A stretch of 64,000 nt of DNA from Amoebophrya sp. A120 (Eukaryota > Protista > Dinoflagellata): assembly GCA_905178155.1 (NCBI GenBank), contig CAJINV010000014.1, forward strand, positions 840,116 through 904,115, written 5' to 3'. Under the pieces are notes generated by a model. That model was not told the DNA's origin and searched no databases. It was given only the letters and a program-made list of their open reading frames with translations. Of the stretch, positions 27,001 to 37,100 are shown piece by piece (position 1 is the stretch's first letter; the number at the start of each line of letters is the position of its first letter). A program made the translations under genes and the position numbers.

Positions 27001-29293
27001 AAGCCGTCTTGCACACGGCCGAGTCCGCGATGCTCTTCACGTACTCGAAATCCTCCACGGAATACACTACCACTAACCCGTGTAAAAACGTCCCCACTCC
27101 CCAGTTGTCATGCAGAATTGCAAGGAGAAGAACATTTGTGATGCGCATCCCCATGATAGGCATTTCCCATCGTGTTTTGGAATTTGCAATGCTGTAAACA
27201 GGATAAGAACCTGGACTTGTAATGCCGCTGCCCTTTCTAATCTGCACTACGCTACGGACTGCAAGTTGTCATGCTTGACTCCAAACATTTCTCGGTTTGT
27301 GTTCGAAAATCCCCAGGTTGACTCTGGGATGGGGATGTTTTTGCTCAGGATAACCACCGCCTTCAGCTTCGTCCCGAGCAGGTTTTTCGGGGCTTGCAGC
27401 AGGGTTTCGCACTGTTTTTTCCCCTCCACCACCGCCACACTCGCGTTGGACTGCTTCACCTTGTAGCACATGTGGTCCAGGGAGTCGGTCGGGTAAATGC
27501 CCGCGACCTTGGCCCCGATGGCCGCGGCGGCGGCAAAGGACATGTGCCACTCGGGGGCGTTGAAGCCCCACACGGCCACTGAGCCGAACATCTTCACGTC
27601 AAAATCCGTCGCCATCGCAGCCGCAGCGTGATTCACTTCGTCGTGAAATTGCGAATAGGTCCACCTGGTAGAATGAAGTGGGCCAGTCGTTTCATCTTGC
27701 AGCTCATTTTTTCGGAAGCAGGAGACATACGAAGAACTAATTCAAGCTAATACCCAAGGAAAAGAACGAGAGCTGCCGCTGCCCAGGAGCATATTGCAAA
27801 TCATCGTGACAAAAAACGAACATCTTCGGTAGAAATCCAAACAATTATACGAGGTCCATTCGTCCAGTGGTAAACTCGGCGCTTTTTTCTCCCCTAGCTT
27901 CGCTGGCACGGGTCTTTCCACTCGCAACGCGATGGCATCTGGGTACTGCTGCGCGGCCATCGCCATATATTTCGGCACGGAATTATCCTATGCAAAACCG
28001 CTTCGAAGCAACTCTTTCATGTCAACGAAATAAATGAGCCGAAAGCTTCCCGGGGTGCAGTAGAAGCAGATGCACAACTACAAGAACTTCACGTTCACTT
28101 CCTCTATACACGGTTCGCATGACAAACTGCTCAAAATAAACTCGCAATGGTGCTCAAGATCCTGAGGATCAAAGACCCTCGATTAGTTCTTCGTCGTTCC
28201 ACATCATTCTGCACACAGGATACGTCTATCGTAAGGAAAAATCGCCCCTCCCCATATCGAAACGGCACGCCTCAGAGAATTTGCGATGCTTATTTGTGAC
28301 CACAAATCGCGTCTGTCTTGCAAGAAAGCCAGCGCATAGGCTCCGCCCCATTATGCAGGCGGCTTGTAATGCTGTTGGGTCTACAGCATAGACGTTCCTC
28401 ATGCTAAGCGCCTAGGCCGAAACCCCTCTACATTGGCATGATACGGGCCTGCAGTCCTCCACTGCAAGACAAATCTGATTTGTCTACGCAAATCCAGCAT
28501 CAGAAGTTTCGTTTTGATGTGGGGAGGATGGATTTTTCCTTTTGATAACGTCATGGCCGGGTTCCACGCCTCCGACGCCGGTCCGGTTTTCGCAAACCGG
28601 GTGGGTAAACAGGCTTCCGCGTCACACGTCCACAGCAAGTTGTTTGCTGCATTACCCGGAGATGATTTCTGCCTGGCCAAATCCCCGTACTCAACGCACT
28701 CCTCGGGCTTGATAGACGGCGCGCGGCGCGGAATTTTTTTCGCCGGTTTCGCCACCAGTGTGAAGTAGATGGCGACCAGGACCGCCAGGGCGTGCCGGCC
28801 GTAATACACGTACAGTTTCACCTCGTCCCCAGACGAACTACCAGCGGAGGCACTCGTACCACCGAACAACCCGCCCGCAAAACCTGACTCCGTAGAAGTA
28901 GTACCGTTGAGGTCCGGCAGGAGCTCGAAGGAAATGAGAAGCTTGACCAGCTCCCTATCAAATGTAAAAATATCTGGGTCTGGAAGGATGTAACTTGTGA
29001 TGCGCATTTCAGAACACACAAAAATCTCTGACGCATAGGCAGCAAAAGCTGCTCACATTCTGTCACCAAAATGGGGGATTTGTCATGCGGATTCGGCATT
29101 GCGGAAGCTTCTCGAAACCTGTGATGCTAGAGCTTCCATGCCAGACCTTCTGTGTCATGCACAAACAGCATGACTCAGACTCTTCCAGACCCAGACCTTT
29201 TTACATTCGATACTCCCCGGTGCCGTACAAAACGGTCTCGTGCACGAGCATGGCGAACACCGCCGTAAACATCATCTCCATGGGACCCATCAT
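21069..29293 (-). CDS. Long-chain fatty acyl-CoA synthetase, bubblegum (ACSBG)-like, about 20 exons
   Basis: Exons carry GFNAPEWH..AGIYPT, LIYTSGTTGMPKG, MLSHDN, ISYLPLSHIAG, VRPTIFLGVPRVWEK, GAAPM..FAMSE, GELCYRGRNVMMGY, IDDEGWVRSGD, ITGRYKELIITA|GGENIAPVPIE, DFSVAGEELTPTMK|LKR and KLIDEMYGE*. Confidence 0.93.
22424..22576. mobile_element. Introner family E, 153 bp
   Basis: Direct repeat GAAAA; similar to 41449-41597. Confidence 0.85.
23263..23541. mobile_element. Introner family B lying inside a canonical GT-AG intron
   Basis: Long TIR tatcctgagtaaaaacgtacccacaccagagt; direct repeat AAGTA. Confidence 0.9.
24104..24418. mobile_element. Introner family G (TIR tatgg.agtgtcaggatcgaaa)
   Basis: Direct repeat CCGCG; close copy at 52222-52532. 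Confidence 0.92.
24975..25152. mobile_element. Introner family E (diverged)
   Basis: tat..ttgcaaaagt / actttttgcaatggata termini between ACSBG exons. Confidence 0.65.
25512..25798. mobile_element. Introner family B
   Basis: TIR tatcctg..tagaaacgtc; near-repeat TGTTT/TGCTT. Confidence 0.8.
26062..26334. mobile_element. Introner family A-like (diverged)
   Basis: tatgcattgcaa ... ttgcaatgcata termini; splits KG|MLSHDN. Confidence 0.7.
26410..26707. mobile_element. Introner family A-like (diverged)
   Basis: Near-repeat CGCTT/CGCCT; in-frame join RQA|KLKPGHCC. Confidence 0.7.
26794..27001. mobile_element. Introner family F (TIR tatc.ca.gaaaaa.gtg.tacagttacacatt)
   Basis: 33-nt imperfect TIR; direct repeat AGCCG. 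Confidence 0.9.
27074..27352. mobile_element. Introner family B
   Basis: TIR; direct repeat ACCAC. Confidence 0.88.
28227..28547. mobile_element. Introner family C (opposite orientation to 18895 and 55125 copies)
   Basis: TIR; direct repeat ACGTC; abuts an older element at 27984-28222. Confidence 0.88.
28956..29212. mobile_element. Introner family A
   Basis: TIR; direct repeat CTCCC. Confidence 0.93.
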
Positions 29294-31196
29294 GTTGGAT
29301 CTGAATAAAATTGAAGCTATTTTTATTTTGTTCTGAAATTCTTGCGTAGAAATATTCTAAGTTTGCATCTCGTCAGCAGAGGTAGTTTATAAAGCTTATT
29401 CCTGTACTAGTAAAACCGGCATGGCGGGCGCCACCGAGTTTGCGTGCAATAAAAGAATTCCGCAAAGAGACTTTTCAGATGCCGATGCTTTGGTCGTAAT
29501 AAATTTGTCAATGCACCGGTCTCGTCGTCCCACCTCTTGTTCCTCACACACGTAAGAAAACGCTCCTGAAATCTTTCTCAAAAACTACAGCAAGCAAACA
29601 AAAAAACTACAGACGTGCCCATAATTGAAAACAATTTTAAAATGCAGTGTCTGACAACGCGGCAAGAAGCTCGAAACACTGCAACACTGAAACTTCTTGC
29701 TGACAGCATGTACCACAATATGTGTGTGATCAAATTAATCACCACACTCGCAGAGTTTTTCTTTCCACGGCCTCTTCATTTCTCGTCTCAATTGTGTACA
29801 GTTTTTTTCTTTGTTGTTGTGGACGAAAAATTTGACTCTAGTTTATCTTCATCAGGCTCGAGAGGAGCTACTTCTTGCTTGCGAGCGACTCACCCCGTCG
29901 TGGTCTTTTGTTGGTTGCAACTCGTGGTCCCGGCACATCAAAACATCACCACTGCATTCAATTTTAGTGTGATATCCAGCACAAGACGTTGTCCTCCAGG
30001 CAGTGTTGACGTGGTGATTTGTTCTAGTTCGATAGCGGCAACAGTTGTAGCGAAACAGCCAACCTCAAGAACTTAAGTAGCTTGCTTCAAATTGTACAGT
30101 TTATTTACGCTTCGTATTCGATACTTCTTTAATTTTTTTTGAAACTATACATTTGCGAATTCAATTTTGTTTCAAGAGTCTATCTCATTGGTGTTCATTT
30201 TGAAAGTGTTATCCCGACCGCATACGGTTGGAAAGTCGAATCTGTTAGCACGTGACAAATAAGCCAATGTAAAACGATAAAACGCAGTAGGTTTTTGTTT
30301 TTGATAGTTTCTGATAGAAGATAAACAACGTACTTCTTTGAATATTGCGTTCCAGTGTAGAGGACTTCCTTGCTGCAGTTCTGGCTGCCAGCGATGAGTT
30401 GCGTACGGTGCTACATCTTCCGTTCGGTAGTTCTGGGCACCTCTAGACCATGCACTTATTAATTTTTCGTTGTTTTTACTGATTTCAATTTTGAGTATTT
30501 TACCCGCGGTTTTCTTCCGTCCGTCCCTGTTGTTAGATAGGGGGGTAATTAAAGGTTAACTTTTACGAATTTGGAACGGCAGCTCACGAAGCAGCAGCTT
30601 CGAAATACTGATATTATCATACTCAGGTGTGCGTGTGAAACGATTCGGGAGCCTGTCTCTTAGGTGGAGCTGGATTAGCTGTGCTGCGTCTGAATTTAAT
30701 TTCGATAAATCTTCTGTATCATACGCTAGGGAGTCTGTTGTGTCTGAATTTAATTTTGGAAAAGGTGGTTTTTCTTTCTTTTCGGCGAGCGAGGTCTAAG
30801 TCTGTTATTGTTTTGTTATTTCTTTTCCCCTTTGGTACAAAATGAAACGCTAGGTAGAGGATAGAATAGGTAAACTGAAATCGTTGTAAAGTGTTAAAGA
30901 AGCAAAATCGAGAGACGATTGTAATTTTCATTTTTCTTTTTGAGTGCTGCCATTAATACATTGTTTTTATTGTTTTCAAGCCTTAATTTCCGTGCTCTCG
31001 TTATGTAGATATTGTACGCTGTTATTCTCGATGCATCGAACTGTTAAAAATATTCAAAGCAAAGTTGTAATGCAAAGTAAGTCTTAGCTGCGTCTTCGCA
31101 TGTCTTTGTTTCTGATCTACGACCATTAACTTTCATCTCTTATCCCACCTCCAGTTCGTTGTGACTCACAAAATGAAAATCTAAATCATCACTTCG

Positions 31197-34100
31197 TCAC
31201 GCGTGCATGAGTCCCCCACCCCCCGCAGCTCCATGGGTTCTTGCGTCCTTGTTGTTCGTTCCTGCATGCGGATGAACATGTTTCTGCCCCAAGATCTTGC
31301 TCTTGCCGCGCGACCACGACCGCAAGCAGGGCAAAAAGTACACCGCCATCCCCACCAGAAGCACGAAAAACACCGCGCCGCAGAGTCCGTAGAAGTACGT
31401 TGCGCCGCTCAGGAAAGATGAAGTAGAACCACTGCGGAAAGAGGGTGAAGGTTGGTAATTCATTTTCGTGCTGGCTTTGCCTTCATTTTGATGTGAGAAT
31501 TCTCCGTGGTCAGTGGTACTCGTCCTGCTTTCATTTCCTCGTAGCCCGGACGCACTGCGACCAGCATCGGAAGTAGATGTAGCGGTTTGTATATTACCTC
31601 CGGGTAACGACGTGCCGGTAGTAGTTGTTGAAAATTCATTCGCCGTTTCAAATGCTCCGCCGATTTGTTGTCCTGGATTAATGTTCTCGTCCACAGCCGC
31701 AACTACAGCAGTTGATTGTATCACCCCTTCTTCACCTCCCGTCTTCTGCAAATGCTTTTTTCGGTGCGCGCGGAAGTGCGGCGTTTTCTTGACCGCAAGA
31801 ACAGTTTGCTGCTCCACGCCGGACGTCGCAGTTTTCCGCAGTGTTTCCCCGTGCTGCATCTCGGGCAGAAGTTCATCTTCTTCCCCCACTGGAGGTACCG
31901 CAGGTTGCTCACTCTCGACCTCCTCAGCACTGGACGAAATCTGCATGACCATTTGGAGAGGAGAACCGTGCATCTGCGAAGAATGATTTTTACGGCGTCG
32001 CAGGTTCGTTTTCTTGAAGGGAACTACAGGTGGTATTGTTGTTGTTTCTGGTTTCATTCCATTTGCTCCTGTAGTTCTTGCAGAGTTGTCATGTTCTTCA
32101 TGCAGTGTGAAACGCGGCTCCACTCCACCTCCTGCTGTCCTCGTGGTCTTTTCTACTGAAACATCAATTTCTTGTTGACTAGAAGAGTGCTCCGCCCGGT
32201 TCCCCACTTTACTCGACGGACCCCCTTCGTCTATCGTCTTGGTGTTGCCGCGCTGCAGAAAGGCAGAGGTCGGCTCGACAGCCGGGTCGTCCTCGGGTTC
32301 TGGTTGTTCCGCATTTGGAGGAGCTGCTGTCGCACTGCCGGAAGGTGCTGCTGTTGCTGGTGGAACAACAGTACCACTCGCAGTATCTCCCCGGTTTTGG
32401 CCACTTGAGCCTCCTTCATAGGGTGGCTTGTACGGGCCCAGCTCCATCACGCGCCCGTGTTTGTCCATCACTCCCACGCGGTACGGGGAGCTGGCAATGA
32501 GAGCGTCACTACTGATAGTGCCAGGACCCCCCGGTGGCACTGAAGATGCATCGGTGCTGCTGGGAAATGTTGAGGGGGCACTACCAGCTGAACCTGAGGT
32601 CGTATCGTCCCCCGCCATGGTAGTGGTACCCTCCACGGGCAATTGTGGCTGCAGCGGAGCTTGCGCATCCGCAGCTACAGTTTCCGGCTGTACTTGCGAC
32701 GGAGGACCCGACACTCCTTCTTGTTGTTGTTCCGAACTCCTCCCATGTCCTTGCTCACGCGACAAGCCACCGCGTTCTTCTTCCGGCCTCGCACTTGTGA
32801 TGTCCACGCCAGTGTTTGCTGGTTCTGCCTCTTCCGCGCCTCCGTTTGCGCCTGCGCTTTGCGTGGTGCTGCTCGGGAAAAGAGGTGGCAGTGTGTCGCT
32901 TGGTTCGCCGCGGCCAGGAGCAGTAGCTGCGGCAGCAACCGTGCTGGGTCCTTCTTGGTCTTCTGCTGCACGAGAAGAGGATGTAAGATCTTCCTCCTGC
33001 TGGCCTGCTTGTTCGTCTTCTCCACCCGACAGACCACGGTCGGTCGTGGAAGGTTCTTCTGCTTCTGTGCCAGTTTCATCTGCAAGCGCGCGTCCGGAAG
33101 CAGTGGTCTCAGGACCTCCTGTTGGCGTCGGCTCATCTGCAAGCGGTTGTGCGACTTCTTCTGCAGCTTCACCAGCGGCGATGTCTTCTTCGGCTTCGGC
33201 TTCCGCACCTGCACTGTCCTGCTTCCGACCAGCACTCCCCTCCGAAGTAACTGCCACTCCTGCATTTCCGCCTGCTGCGGTTCTTTCCGCCTCCTGCGGT
33301 GGTGCGCCTGCAGTGGTACTACTGCCGACTTCCGATTGCAGTTCCCGAGTAGTAGCAGCAAGACCAGCGTCCCCTGTGTCGGACACCGATGCCCTCGTCC
33401 CCGCTCCCTCCGCACCACGGCCCACGGCTTGTTCCTCGTTTTCCGTCGCGGGAAGGCGAGCCGTGCTTATGCAGAACGCATTGGACAACTCTCATGCACA
33501 GTGGGTTTTTTTCATCCCGTGTTTTATGTATGACTTTTGTAAAATTTTCGTGATCCGGTGCTAGGGAAAGATGTGGCTTCCACTACCACCTGCATCCCTC
33601 TTCAATAGCAAATCACGACTCGTACGCTTATAATTTGAAGGGTTTTTTACAAACACGTACAGGAAAATTCTTTTTTGCCAAAATAAATCAATGTATCTTC
33701 AAAAATGACGCATGGCAACACGCCCGATTATTTCGTGCAAGAGTCATCAGTTCTCTGTGTGATACGCGTGCTGTTGATCGCTCTGCTACTACCTCCGCCA
33801 ACCTCGGCCTGCTGCTCATCTACCGGGGTTGCAACTTCTTCCCCGGCGGGTGGGTAGGTCTCTGGACGTGTGGTAGCCGCTGCGTCGGCTCCTGCTCCCT
33901 CGTGCTTTTCCTCCTGTTCGGCCAACATCGCCTGAATCTGCGCTCGCTTCTCCGCCCGTGCCTTTTTGCGCGCCGCTTTAGCCTTTATCCTGGGCAAAAA
34001 GAACGTAAATACTACCCACACTCTACTTAGCGGAGCTGACGATCGTGCCGCTATGCAAATCGAGACGCAGTTCTGACAATCACGGATTGACAAGTTCTTT

Positions 34101-37100
34101 TTTCCGTCTGGTAAAAACGCCATTCTTACTTCAACACACACGTGCTGAGCCACGGTGGTCTGTCACACGGCCGCATAATCTATCACCGACTTGCTCCTTC
34201 CTCCACTGCATATCATTTTGCAAGATTTATTGCGTGAGGACAACCCTGGTTGTGTGGGTAAGTAAAGTACGTTTATTTCACAAAGGATAGCCTTCTTCTT
34301 TTCTTGGTACTCCTTCTCGTCCTTTTCGTCCAGATGGCGGTAAATCGCATCCATCCCTTTCTTCCCGGCCGCAAAAGACCCGACTCCGAGCGCGCCCGTG
34401 GCTGCCAATCCCAAAGCCGGGACGTATCAAATGTAAATATGTCTGGGTCTGGAAGAATGCATGTTTGTCATGCTTGTCTGGCATGACTCTTAAATCTTTC
34501 ATGCACGTTACCCAAGAGCCCCACTTGTCTGTGATGCAGTAGTAGTAGTAGTACCATTTAACTCCTGGCGGGTCGGCGTTAGAACAGATTTAGCCTCTGC
34601 CAATACCTGGGCGTTAGAACAGATTTAGCCTCTGCCAATACCCCTAGGTGGAGACACGGTCCACTTCCTAACTACCACCCGGCTGCACCTGCCAAACCGC
34701 TATCGATTGCTTACGCATGACTACAACCAGTGGGCGCTATGTGTGGCTGACCTGCCTTACCATCCAAGCCCGCGAGCAAGGTGGAGTTCCAGTTTTGCCT
34801 TGATGGGTTAGTCTTACAAACTTGCTCGAAGGACTACGTGCGTGGCCGGTTGCGCGCTAAAAAGTATACTGGGGGTCTAATGATCAGACACGGTGATCCT
34901 ATCACGATGGCGGGCAACCCAACGGCGTGTCCCTTTCAGACACGTTTTGCCGATCTTCTTCCCGCGCCCTTTTATATGCGTTTCCATAGAAACGGCCCGC
35001 GGAGCTCCGCATTCGCAGAGCCGCCATCGCGCCCGCCCCGGGGGGACCCCTTGGGGAAGGGGGGTGCTGCCTTAGCGCAGTCTTTTAAAATAGCAACCCT
35101 GGCACCACTTCTTTTATATAGTTTTTCTTTCTTCTCTTTCTTTTTCTTTTCGTTTCCTAATGCGTCAGCGCATGCGGTTCGGCGGTACGAGGGGAGGATA
35201 GGCAGCGCCGTGCCTTTACGGCTGGCGGGAACGAAATGATTAGCATCGCCGCACCCCTCCGGGCTGGCGTGGAACGTGTCGAAAGAAGAACCATACGCAG
35301 TCGCCTCATTTTTTTTCGCTCTTTTCTGTTACATTTTTTGTCTACGCTCTTCCCTCTGCACCCGCCAGAACACCCCGCATTTTCTTTTTCGCTTTGAGCC
35401 CCGGTCTGTGTCTTCTTTGCTCCTTTATTTCATTCATGTATAAGGCCTCACATTGCCTCTACTTTGCTATCCATTCATCAATCTCATCCAAAAGAAATAA
35501 ACGTATTGCAGTCACTTTTTTCTCTTTCTTCATTCACTTTCCATCACTATTTTCTTTTTCTAGGGCTCTATACATTTGGGCTAGTTCTCGCTGCATAGGA
35601 GTTTCGTACTTCCTTTGCCTCCTCCTCCTCTTCTCCTCTTGTATCCTCTTCTCCTTCTCCCTTTGTACATTCTCTTTCTGCATCAATGTCATGGGGTCAT
35701 CTGCCATTAATTTCTCGACTGTGGGGAAATTGGAGGCCTCCGTCGTTCGCTTCTTTTTTTCGTCCTCGCTACCACCGTTTTGGCTCGCTTCCTTGTCTTG
35801 TTTCTCCACTTTTCTCCGTTTTTGCTGCTCTTGGTCCACCCCTTTTTCGTCTTGACCTTCCTCCGCCCGCTCCTTATTAATCGCGTCCCTTTTCTCCTCT
35901 TCCCCCCACGCCACCAGATTCCGAAAAAATGTTCGCGTTGCCTCTTCTGGACCCTGATCTATATAGTATCCCTGTCCCATCGCCCCTCTTTTAAACACGT
36001 ATCCTCTCCGAGTGCCTTCATATTCTTGCGCCTCGTAGAAGCTTTTTTTTTCTTCTTCTTCTCCGTTTTCGCTGATCCTTTCTTCTTGGTCTCCTTCCTC
36101 CCGCCCCCTTTCTTTTTCGTTTAACTTTCTACCATCATCTTCTTTATTCGCCTCCTCTACCTCCTGCAACAGTTTCGTCGCTTTCTGGATTATTCTGAAT
36201 GCCCCCTGCGCCATCTCGTCACCAGTTTCCTCTGCTTTCTTCTTCTCTTTCTCGATTAGTCGCAGTATAGTTTCAGAGAGTGTCTCTCCTTCCCTTCTTT
36301 CTTCCCCTTTTTCTTCTTGTTTTCTTTCTACATATTCCCGGCTATTTCTGCTTTGACTACTTGCAGCGCCACTCCCCTTTCCTACCCTCTCTGTGTTGGT
36401 GTTCTTTTTCGTTTCTTTCCTCTTTTGTGATTTCGCGCTGTCTTTCTCTCCTAAGCCTTGCTTCATTTCCTCGCCATCCCCAGCTTCTGCCTTTTCTTTC
36501 TTTTTGTCCCCTTCTGTCTCCTCATCCTTCATTTTCCTATGTATGTATACCTGCCTTTCTATTTTTGACATTTCCGGCCATTCCCACACCGGTTTCAGTG
36601 GAATCCGCTTCGTCCCAAAGTCGAACCGCACCCAGTCCGTATACTCATTGTCGTGATTTAACACATTGGCCACCCTGAGCGGTATCTCTTCTTTTGTCCC
36701 TCCGTCTATATTTCTTATCGTTTCTGCTCTGCTTGCATTTCCTTTTTCCCTTCTCGTTACTATATTTAGGCCCGGGTCCTCACTTTCGGCTTTTTCTATT
36801 GTCTCCTGTAGCTCCAAGCCTATTCCGTGCCCTTTGCGTAGTATCCCTCTGGTCTTCTCCCTTAACTCGTTGTAGTCTAGCAGTATAATCTGCACCGCTC
36901 CGCCTTCTTTCTTCCTCTTCTCTGTGACTATTTCTATGGCCCTCATTGCGTTGTTGCAATATGCCACGAAAGTCCTTTCCTCTGTTCTTATTTCAGTCTT
37001 TAGGTGCTCCACTTTTGTCTCTATCGTCCTCAGGTGTGTCTCCGTCCTTTCACTTGCCTCCTGTACTGTGACGGTTGTACTTCTTTCGTTTCCGGCATGC

